Sequence record: PQ799574.1 | Source: Escherichia phage vB_EcoM_Maryam | Strand: one strand, 5' to 3' | DNA: 64,000 nt | Part shown: in pieces, positions 48,586 to 59,900 of the stretch | How the letters are laid out: each line of letters begins with the position of its first letter | Position numbering within the stretch: position 1 is the stretch's first letter | Notes under the pieces: generated by a model | Seen by the model: only the letters and a program-made list of their open reading frames with translations | Databases searched by the model: none | Told to the model about the DNA's origin: nothing | Made by a program: the position numbers and the translations under genes

Positions 48586-49131
48586 TTACCATTCCAATGC
48601 TAGTTTTTTGAGTTGTTTCTGTTCTTTTACGTTCTTAGTCACTTCTTTCAAAAAATCATCCGTGACTAAACCTTTTAGTTCTTTTAATACTAAAGGAAGT
48701 TTTCCATTTTTAGTAAGAATTGATTTATAGTTAATTGCATCATTTGTATTAACTTGATACCACTTAGCAAGTAACTTAATAATCAATACTTCGGTGGAAT
48801 CTTCAACCAGTTTTGCCCATTTACCGTATCTTTTACCACGAGGAACTGCAGCCATTAGATAATTAAAATGAGCTTCATCACTTAAGCCTGATCCAATTAA
48901 ATTCATAGCATATACAGCTGGCATGCACTCTGGAAATTGTGATAATGCATTTTCAACCATGAATTTTGAATAATCTTTTTGAGCAATAGAGCATTTAGTT
49001 TTATTATTGATAGCTCCAATTATTTCAAAAAATTCATTTTCAGCTTTTTCTTTAAAAGAATCAGCAGCGGATTGGACAGCTGTCCAATCTTTTGAATACC
49101 AAGCAAGTAGGAAAAGATTATGTATGCCCAT
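48586..49131 (-). CDS. 62: clamp loader small subunit gp62, N-terminus atypical
   Basis: 181 aa; from [15 protein letters not shown] onward matches recalled gp62, first ~9 residues MGIHNLFLL do not. Confidence 0.75.
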   Translation of the reverse strand: MGIHNLFLLAWYSKDWTAVQSAADSFKEKAENEFFEIIGAINNKTKCSIAQKDYSKFMVENALSQFPECMPAVYAMNLIGSGLSDEAHFNYLMAAVPRGKRYGKWAKLVEDSTEVLIIKLLAKWYQVNTNDAINYKSILTKNGKLPLVLKELKGLVTDDFLKEVTKNVKEQKQLKKLALEW

Positions 49132-49237
49132 TTAGTTCTCCGGTAAATGGAATGCTAAAACCTGCTTTACGCGATCTTTATATTGCGATGAACGAAGAAA
49201 TGATAAAAGAATTAAAACGTCAACTGAAGGTGATTTA
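49111..49237 (+). pseudogene. 3' fragment of an unidentified ORF ending at breakpoint 2
   Basis: Frame open only from the stop at 49108; encodes ...MLKPALRDLYIAMNEEMIKELKRQLKVI then stop. Confidence 0.3.
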
Positions 49238-49239
49238 AT

Positions 49240-49458
49240 TTGGCCAGGGAAATTAATTCAAAATCCGATTATTTTAATTCTCTCAATGATAAAGATAAAA
49301 ATCTAATACGGCATTTTATTGTTGAGATGGGATATACCGATACACGCGATTTAAGAGAACATATATTTGAATGTGGTGTAGCTAAAAAGTTTTCATTCAC
49401 ATGCAAATGTTTGAGAGAGGTAATTCAGCACTATGAACAATTTAGTCGCAAAACATAA
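49240..49458 (+). CDS. hypothetical protein
   Basis: ORF track 72 aa. Confidence 0.5.
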   Translation: MAREINSKSDYFNSLNDKDKNLIRHFIVEMGYTDTRDLREHIFECGVAKKFSFTCKCLREVIQHYEQFSRKT

Positions 49459-49541
49459 TTTTAATAAAGCTTCTGTTCATAAGGATAAGAAGAAAGCGTT
49501 TAAAGAATCTAATCGCAAGCAGAAACATAAGGGGAAGGTCT

Positions 49542-49820
49542 ATGATTATTGATTCTCAGTCTGTGGTTCAATACACAATCAAAATTGATATTCTAGAAAA
49601 GCTATATAAGTTTCTACCAAATTTATACCACTCAATTGTTAATGAATTAGTTGAAGAACTACATCTCGAGAATAATGATTTCTTGATTGGAACTTATAAA
49701 GACCTCTCAAAAGCAGGATATTTCTACGTAATTCCAGCACCAGGAAAAAGTATTGATGATGTATTAAAAACTATAATGATTTATGTCCATGATTATGAAA
49801 TTGAAGATTATTTCGAATGA
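49542..49820 (+). CDS. arn: Arn (anti-restriction nuclease) -like protein
   Basis: 92 aa; position upstream of asiA. Confidence 0.6.
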   Translation: MIIDSQSVVQYTIKIDILEKLYKFLPNLYHSIVNELVEELHLENNDFLIGTYKDLSKAGYFYVIPAPGKSIDDVLKTIMIYVHDYEIEDYFE

Positions 49821-49981
49821 GTCATAATCTTGAAAAAGTAATCGAGCATAATGTAGCTCAGGAACGTAAGTCGTTCAAGGAATTCGTAGAAAAAATTTTT
49901 GAAGAAAATAGCACAGACCAGTTTACAAATCAAACGTCTGATGATATTATAACAAAGTCAACTAATTGAGTGGTATAGTTA

Positions 49982-50254
49982 ATGAATAAAAATATTGATA
50001 CAGTTCGTGAAATTATTACTGTTGCGTCTATTTTGATTAAATTTTCCAGAGAAGATATTGTTGAAAATCGTGCTAATTTTATTGCATTTCTGAATGAGAT
50101 TGGAGTAACGCATGAAGGTAGAAAGTTAAATCAGAATTCATTCCGTAAAACTGTTTCTGAATTAACTCAAGAAGATAAGAAAACCCTCATCGACGAATTC
50201 AACGAGGGTTTTGAGGGTGTATATCGATATCTAGAGATGTATACGAACAAATAA
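49982..50254 (+). CDS. asiA: anti-sigma-70 factor AsiA
   Basis: 90 aa MNKNIDTVREIITVASILIKFSREDIVENRANFIAFLNEIG... Confidence 0.9.
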   Translation: MNKNIDTVREIITVASILIKFSREDIVENRANFIAFLNEIGVTHEGRKLNQNSFRKTVSELTQEDKKTLIDEFNEGFEGVYRYLEMYTNK

Positions 50255-50911
50255 TTATTTAGCCCTTCCTAATATTCTGGCCGCCTGAGCACATATTGAT
50301 TCAAGGCGGTCATTACTTATATGATCATTTCTATACCAGTACATGGTTATCGTTCCAGCATAGATATTATCCAAATTAAAATATGGACAACTGTACATGT
50401 AGTTTATTTCAGGAGTAGGCTTTTTAGTTGGTAAAAAAGCAAATTTTGAGTTGGAATAATAATGACGTCCATTTAAATGAACTGCATATTCATCCATAGT
50501 TTTATCAACAGGATATCCTCCAAGTGATTTTTCACTTATTGTTGAAGGTAATTTTCCTTCATATGCTATAATATCAACAAAATAGTTTAAGTTTTTAGGG
50601 CGGAAAGAATACACCGCACTAAAGTCTGCCTCAGATGATATATGAACTATCTGGAGTTGTTCCAGGGCGACAGATTCAAAGCGTGCATTTCTTTCCTTTT
50701 CAATAATTTCACTGTATGTTTCATACTTTGATTGCTTATAGTACTCAAAGAAACTATCTCCCCTATACCAAACAATCGCCATCATAAATAAAAGAATTAC
50801 GACAGCTACACGGGAAGCAAGAACTTTCCCGGTAGCGTTATCTTTGAACAAGCGATCTAGAACACCAAATAGAATATCAGAGGGCGAAAATGATATTCTA
50901 GGTGCTGCCAT
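50255..50911 (-). CDS. t: holin T
   Basis: 218 aa with single N-terminal TM and large periplasmic domain; convergent with asiA. Confidence 0.9.
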   Translation of the reverse strand: MAAPRISFSPSDILFGVLDRLFKDNATGKVLASRVAVVILLFMMAIVWYRGDSFFEYYKQSKYETYSEIIEKERNARFESVALEQLQIVHISSEADFSAVYSFRPKNLNYFVDIIAYEGKLPSTISEKSLGGYPVDKTMDEYAVHLNGRHYYSNSKFAFLPTKKPTPEINYMYSCPYFNLDNIYAGTITMYWYRNDHISNDRLESICAQAARILGRAK

Positions 50912-50941
50912 AGACCCTCCTTTTAAGGATATTTATTCAAA

Positions 50942-51718
50942 TTATACTCTTGGACCATATATTGCTCCAACATTTTGCCACGTTGGAGAAGACCCTATAA
51001 CAGCATATCCAGAATCGCCGCCATTGTATTCAGATCCTTGACCACGAATATTACATCTACCTCCTGCGGCGCCTACCTCACCACCGCTTCCGCCATTATA
51101 GATACCGTTCACGGACCCCGATCCAGGCGCATAAAGAGTACCAGCAGTTGCGCCTGATTGCATATCAATAGATCCGCCAGGTGCACCAAACGGACGCCCA
51201 CCACCACCACCAAAGGTTAATCTCATTTGTGAAAAAGGAGAATAATACCCACCGCCACCACCGCCACCACCGGCAGCAATAGCTCCGCCATTATTAATTC
51301 TTAGTCTCCCACCAATATCGTTTTGAATACAATGACCTCCAGCTGAGCCAGGACTATTGCTACCGCCATTACCTCCACGACCATACATCGTTACGCCGTG
51401 TATATTTAACTGAACATATTCATTTGGTGTATCTCCGTACATAAAGAATAAAGGAACATCTTTAGAATATGATACTAAATCACCTGTAATATTAAACACT
51501 ATAGGTGCACTACCTGCCTCAAAACATCTATCTCGGAACCATTGACCATTGAAGTTATGGTCTGCTCCAAGCGTGTGAATTATTTCAACAGATCGACCTA
51601 TCATATTACTCATCCAAAACGGAACGCCCATTCTTAATCTTGCGGCTGCTCCTGCCATCCAATGGTCTCCAGTCTGTGCCAATGCAGAAGTTCCTATCCA
51701 CGGTCCTGCTACTGCCAT
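50942..51718 (-). CDS. 38: long tail fibre adhesin gp38, T2/T6-type with glycine-rich repeats
   Basis: 258 aa from ATG 51718 ([15 protein letters not shown]...), GGAGG SD; poly-Gly runs; ORF track starts at upstream TTG. Confidence 0.8.
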   Translation of the reverse strand: MAVAGPWIGTSALAQTGDHWMAGAAARLRMGVPFWMSNMIGRSVEIIHTLGADHNFNGQWFRDRCFEAGSAPIVFNITGDLVSYSKDVPLFFMYGDTPNEYVQLNIHGVTMYGRGGNGGSNSPGSAGGHCIQNDIGGRLRINNGGAIAAGGGGGGGGYYSPFSQMRLTFGGGGGRPFGAPGGSIDMQSGATAGTLYAPGSGSVNGIYNGGSGGEVGAAGGRCNIRGQGSEYNGGDSGYAVIGSSPTWQNVGAIYGPRV

Positions 51719-51728
51719 ATAAACCTCC

Positions 51729-51744
51729 AAGGGGCCGAAGCCCC
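51729..51744 (-). terminator. GGGGC-UUCG-GCCCC hairpin between genes 37 and 38
   Basis: Identical core to hairpin at 47947-47962. Confidence 0.45.
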
Positions 51745-51749
51745 TCTTA

Positions 51750-54700
51750 TTATTTTAACAATGATTTAACTAATGCTTTAAGTTCTTCGATTTCTGATTT
51801 AAGTTCTGCAATTTCTGCAGTATGCTCATTGATTGCAGCTGTATTTAAACCAATTACACCGTTATAGTTCAAACGAAGTAAAGCTTCGCCATCAGGGTCA
51901 CCTTCAACTAATTCTGGTAAAATAGCTTGAACTTCTTGAGCAATTAAACCGGCGTTAGGTTCCCATTTCTGATTGCCTTCTTCATCTAGGCCTCGCTTCT
52001 GCATATAAGTGTAACCGTTAATTTTGGAAAGCTTCTCAGAAGCATTTTCAAATTTAACAAGGTCTTTTTTAACACGAATATCAGAACGGACATAAACATC
52101 TCGAACAAATGTGGAATAGGCATCGCTCTGTTGGACTAAATGACCAAAAGAAATAATAGCTCTTCCTTGTTCAGTCCACAAAGCACCAGTGGTATCCCAA
52201 AGACCTTCATGGAGATGGTAAGCGGACGACCATGAAGCAATATGCATTCCATTTGCAACCATATTAATTCGCCCATCACCGCCATGAACTAATCCAGTAT
52301 CATTATCACCAATAACAAGACATGGTCCAGTCCACACCGGGTCACCACCGCCAGCTGATAATCTTGCTCCGGTTTGAACCATGTTAGGAACATACAGAAC
52401 TCCAGTGTGGTGGAATTCATAGATAGCTTGTGGGTCAGAACCGTTTTCCTGGTTACCTACACGAATAATACCTTGTGCCCAGTTATTAGTAATGCGACGC
52501 ATACCAAAATCAACGCTAGATATGTATCCTTCATTCGTAATAGCAGATTTTCCTTTAATAATAGGATAATAACTATCATTACCAACATTACCAAAATCTA
52601 CAAATATCGGAGCTTCTTGTCGCCATTGGTTTCCCCAATCGCCAGCCTGGTGCGCAGTCCATTGTGTACCGTTTATATGAAGGCGGTCTCTATTAAAATT
52701 AAATGTTCCTTGACCTTGAGGAGAAAGCGATATTTCGCCGTTATTTGTTATGTATACACCACCCTGTGTAATGTAACTGTAAAAACCTAGACCGTTGTCG
52801 CCGCCACCTTTGCCTATATACCAGTTATTTGTACCACCTACATCACTACGGATATGTGATGAAGCACCTCCGCCAGCAGTTAAAACGAGAGCATCATTGC
52901 CTGCTGATAAAGTCAATTTACCAGTCATCGTGTCGCCTTCTTTAGAAACACGAGTAGCTATTGCATCGCGAATATTTGTGGTTTCTCCCGCAGAAGTAAA
53001 CGATTTCCAAATATCTGAGAAAATATTACCATTACGAGCAATAGTAGCTTCACCGCCGCCGACTTGAACGTTATCGGGGAAATTAACTGTACCGTCTTGA
53101 TTAAAACGAGACGTATGGCCTTGTGAACCATCTTCTTTTAAATGATGTAAAACAAATGTACCCGAATTAATTTCAGTACCTAAAGACCAAACAGCTTTAC
53201 TGTTTAAAAACTTCTGTTTAACAATAGGATAATATTTACTTACTGCGTCATCATCGATTTCCTGGAAAATAGGAGCTGCTTGAACATATTGAATATCATA
53301 ACCACCAGCGCCAGCGCCGTGACCAGTAAATTTAATATATCCGTTTGCTGCGAACGTATTGTAACTTGATTGTAAATCTGGAATAGTAACTTTACCAGTA
53401 TCTAAAGCCATACTAAACGGGCGAAGTGGACCGATATCACCATGTTTACCTTCACCATAAGCAGTTGGAATAATATGAAGACTGCCTTCTGAACGTCTAA
53501 AAATAGCTCCATAATCTGCGTTCCAAATGCGAAGAGCATTCACTGCTCCAGATGAAATTTCGCCTGTTGTGTGAACTCCTCTATTTCCAGCAGTAACACC
53601 AGATGATTCAAATGAACCGTTAACGTTCATTTCTACTTCACCTGTTGTAAGTCTTTGAATATAGCTCATCCAGCTAGTTGCATCGGAAATTTCCATGACA
53701 TTTTTGCGATTACCTTCACTAGGAATAGTAAATGTATTACCCCACACGGAAATTGTCATATTATCAACTGAACTACTACCAGTTGTGTTACCTCTAAACA
53801 TCAGTGTAGAAGCATTATTTCTACCATCGATATTAACAGAACCACCAATAACGTCAATATTACCAGGAGTAACTAACAAACCGCCATGAGTATTAATGTT
53901 TGTGGTACCCTTGCCGCGGAAATAATGATGATAGTTACCGCCTTGATAATATCCTAAAAGAGTCTGACCATCTCCAAACGCGTTATTATCGTGATATGTC
54001 ACGACAGTAGCAAGAGCATAATTTTCAGTTGGAGGAGTAGTTAAATCGGTTCCGTTAGTAGAATATCCAGCTACAAATTTTCTTAGGCTAGTTGTTTCGC
54101 TAGGACTAAATAAAAACGTTTTTGTTCCATTATTAACGCTAAAATAATATCCATCTTGATGCCATTTAAATCCAGTATCATTATCTCCTAAAGCAATACT
54201 AGATTGTCCTAATATTGAATAATCTTTATTACCAGGTGTTAAACCAATAGAAATTGAGTGACTTGATTTAATTCCGCCGCTCCAAGTAAATGACCAAAGA
54301 TAGGTGTCAAGTCCATCACCTGCATACCAAGTTATTCCATCATTATCTTTAACTTCATGGAAAATACCAGAACCAACGGCATTACGCATGACACGAAGAT
54401 GATTAATAGCAGTAGTGCTTTCAGACAATGGAACATTGTCTGCCATCGAATAGATGTCATAATCACCCGTAGATTTATTATTAGTAATGACTTTGTTGGT
54501 CAGAATTTGTGGAGACGAAATAGATTTCCATGCTGATACTTCAGGTGAAGTAAATAGTCCACTGCCTGAAAATGCATAAGTGCTTTCGCTACCAGCGGCG
54601 TAGTCTTGAACCCTGATATTAAGTACTTGTGTAGTTAAACCATCATTAGCCGGGGCATAAATGATTCCGCGTTCGCGACTATTGTTATCGAAAAAACGAA

Positions 54701-55061
54701 CATGCGCTGTACCTGAACTTTTTGTAATAAGTTCTCCGCCTTCAGTCATAATCTGCCCAGCGGAAATAATATCGCGAGTTACTCGAGCAATACCAATTAA
54801 ATTAAAATTACCAGTCTGAGTGAAGACGCCATTTAAAGTATAATCGCCAGTTTGGTTATAATTGCCTGTATGAATAACATTCCCGTCAATACTACCGCCT
54901 TTAGCAAAACCCAGATCAATAATATTTCCTTGGTCATCTTTAGTAAAAAGTACACGGTCTTTTAAGTTTATAGCCAATTCACCTTCGGCTAATACTGAAG
55001 CGGCAGGACGTGCTCCTGCAGTTTTGCTTCTTTTAAATTGTATTTGTTTTAAAGTAGCCAT
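51750..55061 (-). CDS. 37: long tail fibre distal subunit gp37 with C-terminal intramolecular-chaperone-like domain
   Basis: 1103 aa; glycine-rich fibrous repeats; C-terminus SDIRVKKDL...[15 protein letters not shown]...[14 protein letters not shown]. Confidence 0.85.
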   Translation of the reverse strand: MATLKQIQFKRSKTAGARPAASVLAEGELAINLKDRVLFTKDDQGNIIDLGFAKGGSIDGNVIHTGNYNQTGDYTLNGVFTQTGNFNLIGIARVTRDIISAGQIMTEGGELITKSSGTAHVRFFDNNSRERGIIYAPANDGLTTQVLNIRVQDYAAGSESTYAFSGSGLFTSPEVSAWKSISSPQILTNKVITNNKSTGDYDIYSMADNVPLSESTTAINHLRVMRNAVGSGIFHEVKDNDGITWYAGDGLDTYLWSFTWSGGIKSSHSISIGLTPGNKDYSILGQSSIALGDNDTGFKWHQDGYYFSVNNGTKTFLFSPSETTSLRKFVAGYSTNGTDLTTPPTENYALATVVTYHDNNAFGDGQTLLGYYQGGNYHHYFRGKGTTNINTHGGLLVTPGNIDVIGGSVNIDGRNNASTLMFRGNTTGSSSVDNMTISVWGNTFTIPSEGNRKNVMEISDATSWMSYIQRLTTGEVEMNVNGSFESSGVTAGNRGVHTTGEISSGAVNALRIWNADYGAIFRRSEGSLHIIPTAYGEGKHGDIGPLRPFSMALDTGKVTIPDLQSSYNTFAANGYIKFTGHGAGAGGYDIQYVQAAPIFQEIDDDAVSKYYPIVKQKFLNSKAVWSLGTEINSGTFVLHHLKEDGSQGHTSRFNQDGTVNFPDNVQVGGGEATIARNGNIFSDIWKSFTSAGETTNIRDAIATRVSKEGDTMTGKLTLSAGNDALVLTAGGGASSHIRSDVGGTNNWYIGKGGGDNGLGFYSYITQGGVYITNNGEISLSPQGQGTFNFNRDRLHINGTQWTAHQAGDWGNQWRQEAPIFVDFGNVGNDSYYPIIKGKSAITNEGYISSVDFGMRRITNNWAQGIIRVGNQENGSDPQAIYEFHHTGVLYVPNMVQTGARLSAGGGDPVWTGPCLVIGDNDTGLVHGGDGRINMVANGMHIASWSSAYHLHEGLWDTTGALWTEQGRAIISFGHLVQQSDAYSTFVRDVYVRSDIRVKKDLVKFENASEKLSKINGYTYMQKRGLDEEGNQKWEPNAGLIAQEVQAILPELVEGDPDGEALLRLNYNGVIGLNTAAINEHTAEIAELKSEIEELKALVKSLLK

Positions 55062-55069
55062 AAGTCCTC

Positions 55070-55726
55070 TTAATAATAGCCGAAATCTTGAACAGAATCC
55101 TTAATAACAATTTGGTCAAATCGTGGAACATGCGAGGGTTGAGATGCAGGATTCTGTGAAAAAAGGTTTGGCGCAGTTAAATTTCCTGTCATAGTGTCTC
55201 CAGAGCGTAATACCCTAGAGTTTGCGTTTGCTGTAACAATATTTATTGCTCCATCAACATAATCTTTCCGCGTAAGGTCATAATTATTTACTGGTGATAA
55301 CGAAGTTACACGGATTTGTGATGCTTCAATTACGCCCTTTGAGCTAATATCTCCATTTCGTGTGTTAATTACTACAGTTCTACCTGCTGTTCCTTGTGAT
55401 GATTTAAAACCAATACCATACCACGAAACAATATCCATATTTGTAGTATCATACGTGGCACTATCACCAGGACCAGCAAAAATACCATTATCGCCTGACC
55501 CTGCGCCAGGAACAGTCATTCCTTTATTAAAAATTACTTTATTTAAATAAGTACCACCATTAGCTTTAGAAACGAAATCGTTATCTGCAGCTTGTGGTTT
55601 ATTATATTCTGAATATATTTTAAATGATTTATAGAGTACATCGTCACCGGCTGGATTCAATGGAAAATTTCCTTGATGCCAAATGACAGAGCCTCCGGTT
55701 GTTGAACCTACTTTTAAATCAGCCAT
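55070..55726 (-). CDS. 36: long tail fibre hinge protein gp36
   Basis: 218 aa; position between 35 and 37. Confidence 0.85.
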   Translation of the reverse strand: MADLKVGSTTGGSVIWHQGNFPLNPAGDDVLYKSFKIYSEYNKPQAADNDFVSKANGGTYLNKVIFNKGMTVPGAGSGDNGIFAGPGDSATYDTTNMDIVSWYGIGFKSSQGTAGRTVVINTRNGDISSKGVIEASQIRVTSLSPVNNYDLTRKDYVDGAINIVTANANSRVLRSGDTMTGNLTAPNLFSQNPASQPSHVPRFDQIVIKDSVQDFGYY

Positions 55727-55749
55727 TGTATGCCCCTTTATTTTAATAG

Positions 55750-55757
55750 TATTTATA
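55750..55757 (-). promoter_or_regulatory. late promoter TATAAATA upstream of gene 36
   Basis: Reverse complement of TATTTATA at 55750-55757, ~24 nt upstream of gene 36 ATG. Confidence 0.6.
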
Positions 55758-55766
55758 AAGAAAAAG

Positions 55767-55786
55767 GGAACCCGAAGGCTCCCTCA
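55767..55786 (-). terminator. GGGAGCC-UUCG-GGUUCCC hairpin with U-run between genes 35 and 36
   Basis: Imperfect inverted repeat with one G-U pair, UUCG loop in minus-strand RNA. Confidence 0.5.
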
Positions 55787-55788
55787 AT

Positions 55789-56904
55789 TTAAACTTCTCT
55801 AAATTCCTGTCCAAACACTTTACCAGTTTTAGACGATGCTTGCGTAGGAAGTACCATTATATCCGGAGGTGAAGCAGATTCACAGATATAATTAACTCGA
55901 ATACCATTGACGCCAAACTCAGCAGGTTTTGAAATGCCACCATTTCTTGACACTTCAGAAAAGCTTAAATTTCTCATACCGCCTTGACCCGCTTGTGCAG
56001 TTCTCTGTGCGTATATCGTAAATCCAACTGCATTTTCTGGAACAACTACATAATCTTCTTTTAATTCCCAAGACCCAGCTTGTCCGGTAAACTCAGCATG
56101 TGTTGAAGAAATATATCCATCCGATTCATTATAAAATCTAATGGATATATTCGTAGTTCCAAGAGCAAGTAAATCGGCATCAGCATATAGTTGTGCTTTA
56201 AGATAAAGAACATCGCCAGGAATTAAATTGTAGTCAGAAAGTTTACTTATCGCGGATGAAGTTGGTAGACGTGCAATTTCGTTATTAGTTCCACCAACCG
56301 CTGACATAAACTGCTCAACGCTTTCATATGTTCTTCTTGGAAACCCGGTAGCTCCAACGTCTTCTAAACTGTCAAATACAACATCTAAAATAGTTTGATA
56401 ATCATCAGTGCTTTTTCTGTTGCTCAGTTTAACATGCTCTAATGCGATAGCTCTTTTAGAAGAAGTGTAAAAAGAAGCATATGATACATCAAATCTTGAC
56501 AATACAGAGTCAGATGGAAAAGCAGACGTTCCTGCTGTTCTTAGCCAAGATACTACTTCAGGAGGAAAATTAACCTTTCCGCTAGTTAATATAGCAACAA
56601 TTCTATTATTCGTCAAAGAATTCATGAAACTAACAAAAGCAGCTGATGTAGTATCATTTGAAGTAGAAAAAGCATATGACTTACTATCAACTAATGCTCC
56701 TGTAGAAGGGTCAAAAACTCTTAAATGAAGACCTGCGCTAAATGTTTGACTTCCTACAGGATTATCCTGAAATTTAACATATGGTCCTGCTGTAGAAAGC
56801 GGGCAAGAACCCGCTATACTTATTTTGTATCTTACTGAATTACTTTCCGATAAAAATGGCGTTTGGACGTATCCTTGTCCAAACTCTGCCATAAATTTTT
56901 CCAT
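55789..56904 (-). CDS. 35: long tail fibre hinge connector gp35
   Basis: 371 aa; follows gene 34. Confidence 0.85.
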   Translation of the reverse strand: MEKFMAEFGQGYVQTPFLSESNSVRYKISIAGSCPLSTAGPYVKFQDNPVGSQTFSAGLHLRVFDPSTGALVDSKSYAFSTSNDTTSAAFVSFMNSLTNNRIVAILTSGKVNFPPEVVSWLRTAGTSAFPSDSVLSRFDVSYASFYTSSKRAIALEHVKLSNRKSTDDYQTILDVVFDSLEDVGATGFPRRTYESVEQFMSAVGGTNNEIARLPTSSAISKLSDYNLIPGDVLYLKAQLYADADLLALGTTNISIRFYNESDGYISSTHAEFTGQAGSWELKEDYVVVPENAVGFTIYAQRTAQAGQGGMRNLSFSEVSRNGGISKPAEFGVNGIRVNYICESASPPDIMVLPTQASSKTGKVFGQEFREV

Positions 56905-56912
56905 AATACCTC

Positions 56913-59900
56913 TTATTCAACCCATTCAAATTTAACAGTTTTATTCACTGGGTCAGGAATAATACGAACATTACCAATTCGCAAGAAATCACGAATAGTA
57001 AGATTACCCATTATAGCATTATCAGATGGTAAAGCACCGATATCAGATGGCTGAGGAGGGTTACCTCCGTCAAATACCTGAACAAAACTTGACCAAGAGT
57101 TTTTGGTTTTCTGCCATGTGCGTGTCCAACGAGTGGTACGCGCTTCTGGTGTTGTTGGATAAGTAATCCAATCTTGGTAAAGCGAATCAAGTGTGTTACC
57201 AAACTGAGTCAATGTACCAGGAGATTTAACTTCTTCGCCACGTTCTAAGTATGGAAGTCCAGTCACTTCATTAGTTTTTTCAACCATTTTAAAATAACCA
57301 GGGAATTGATTATAAGTGGCTGAATCGTTAATATCAATTGACCAGAATCCTACTGTATCAGTTGTTGGTGCGCGGGTATATAAATCAGATGTTTTAGTGC
57401 CCTGAGAACGAATTCTCGAGTTAACAGTCAAACCGCCTGAATTTATAGTAGCACCTTTGGCAATAATTAAGCTTTCGCCAATCGTTACTTGGCCAGATGC
57501 ATTATTAATAGCTAAAGGACGTAATCCATTAAATCCACCAGTCTGATCACCCGATGCAGTAAGCATAAAATTCGTTACTGATCCATCATTGCGAACAATG
57601 AAACCATAATTTCCGTTAATAGCACGGAAAGCATTTGCGCTTCGAGAAATAATTTCACCAGTTGCAGTGACTGAATTACCAAATGTTGCTACACCATTTG
57701 CATTCAATGTTCCTGAAGCATTAACATTTATAGGTGTTACTGTACCGTTGATATTAAATGTTATATTTCCGGCTTTATTGCGCTGAGAATAAAAATGACT
57801 AGATGTTTCATCACTAACTTCAAATACGGTAGAACGTGTTGTATCTAATTCCCCACTAAATTGATTTCCCCACACTCTAACAGTCATCGTTTGGGCTGGG
57901 TTTGTTCCAGTTTGAGGTCCTTTCTCAAAAATCAATCGAGTTGCTGTTCCAGTATTAGAAATAGTTAATGTACTATTTGCTGAAACTGATCCACCGAACG
58001 TAGCAGTACTAGATGATACAAGAGGGGCACTCAGATTCGTTTGTTGGGTTAAGGTTAGTGAACCATTAACTGTCTGCGCAATGTCCCTACGAATGAACTG
58101 AGATGAATCTAGACCATCCAATAAATTACTATCTACAGCTTTTGCTTTTAATGGCAAATAATTTGCTAATACACGGTTTAATTCATATGGTGATACTGCA
58201 TAACCATTTTTCTCATATGATTCTAATGGCTGTGTTGAACCTACCGTATCATTACCAACAAACGTTAATGAACCAGAAGAAGTTTTAACAAAGCCCCTTA
58301 TCGCAGTAGTTGCTGCCCAAGTAGATTCGCTCTGCACAATCCATTTTAAATTTTTTGGAGATACAGCAGTATTTGCTGACGTTCCAGTCACAGTTTCAGA
58401 CTGAGTTGCAACTTTAATAACACCTTCTTGTGCTTCAGTAGATTTAGTACCTAAAAGCTTTTTAGGAGTTATTAAAACATTATCTAATGTTCCTGCAGCA
58501 GCTTCGACCTGTGTAGCTACACGAAGTGTACCACGCTGTGTCTCATTTGCTTCAAGAATATCAAGGGTATAATGGTCCCAGAGAGTTCCTGATTCAACTA
58601 ATCCAGATAGAGCAACAACAGAAGTACGATCAGTACTATTAAATCTGGTTTTAATTTTTAATGGTGTAGAGATACGAGTATCGTCGACGCCTGCGTCGAA
58701 TTCAACCTGTGTAGCAATTTCAGCTATACCACTTAAACTTTCAGTTGCTCTACGGTCATTTAAAGTTTTAGGAGTGACTGCACGAGTATAGTCAGTTCCT
58801 GTGTTAACTTCACTTTGCGTAGCAATTTCAATTAAACCAATTCTTGCATCAGTTGATGTCTTTTTATGTAACGTTTCTGGCGTTACAACCGCATTTGCCC
58901 ATCCTTCTTGGCTTTGTCCAGCAATTACTTCACTTTCAACTGCTAAAATTACTGCGCCTTGTTGCGTTGGAGTAGCTTTATACTGATCCAAAGCTTTAGG
59001 TGAAACAACTAAATTATTAGTGTTTTTATTATAAACATTCGTACCATTTAATTCACGACTAGAAGCTGGAGTAGCACCTGCAGTAGATACAAAGGTTACA
59101 ATACCAGATAATGATTCAGAACCTTGACGAGCTTGAAGCTTTTTAGGAGTGATGATTGTAGTATCATCGGTTCCTGCATTAGTTTCTTGCTGCGTAGCAA
59201 TTTCTGCGACACCTCTACGAGTTTCTGTAGCAGTTCTTTCATTCAGCTTTTTAGGAGTAATGATAAGGTCATCTGCAAAAGAGAATGTGGTGTTCTGATT
59301 CACTTGAGCAGTAGTTGCTATTCTTGCAATACCTCTACGAGTTTCTGTAGCAGTACGATTAGCTAACGTTTCTGGAGTAATTGCCAATTCTTTTTGTGGA
59401 GAATTTTCTAAATCAGCATTAGCTTGAGCTTGTGTAGCTAAAGCAATTACACCTAATCTTGCTCTAGTAGAATCATTTAAAGAATCTACTCTTTCTACGG
59501 TTGGAACATTTTGCTGTACAACCCAATATTTTCCGTCAGAATCTTCTATATAAGCAAGCTCTAAAACTGGAACATAATTAGTTTCACCGTTAAAAACTAA
59601 TTCTTGAACTGTAACCCACTCAGCTTCAGGTGGATATTCTGAGCGTTTTGGGAATTGCAGCAATTGAACTGAAGAAGCAATTTTATCTTCACCTGCAGCT
59701 TTGATTTTAACCGTTTGTCCTTTTCTCATGTAATTCATAGAAATTTTGACAGTATCACCAACAGAAATATCAGTCGGAAGCTGAAGTTCAATTGTTTGGG
59801 TTGTTCCATTATTCGCGCCAAATACCATGACTTCTTCGTTTGGACGAATATTAGAATTAGTTGTTATAATGCGTAAACGTGCTTTACTATCCCCGTCAAA

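Noticed and set aside
51160-51300. GGN/CCN tandem repetition that might be taken for a simple repeat or CRISPR-like array
   Set aside because: It is the coding sequence of the poly-glycine islands of gp38; no spacer/repeat periodicity.
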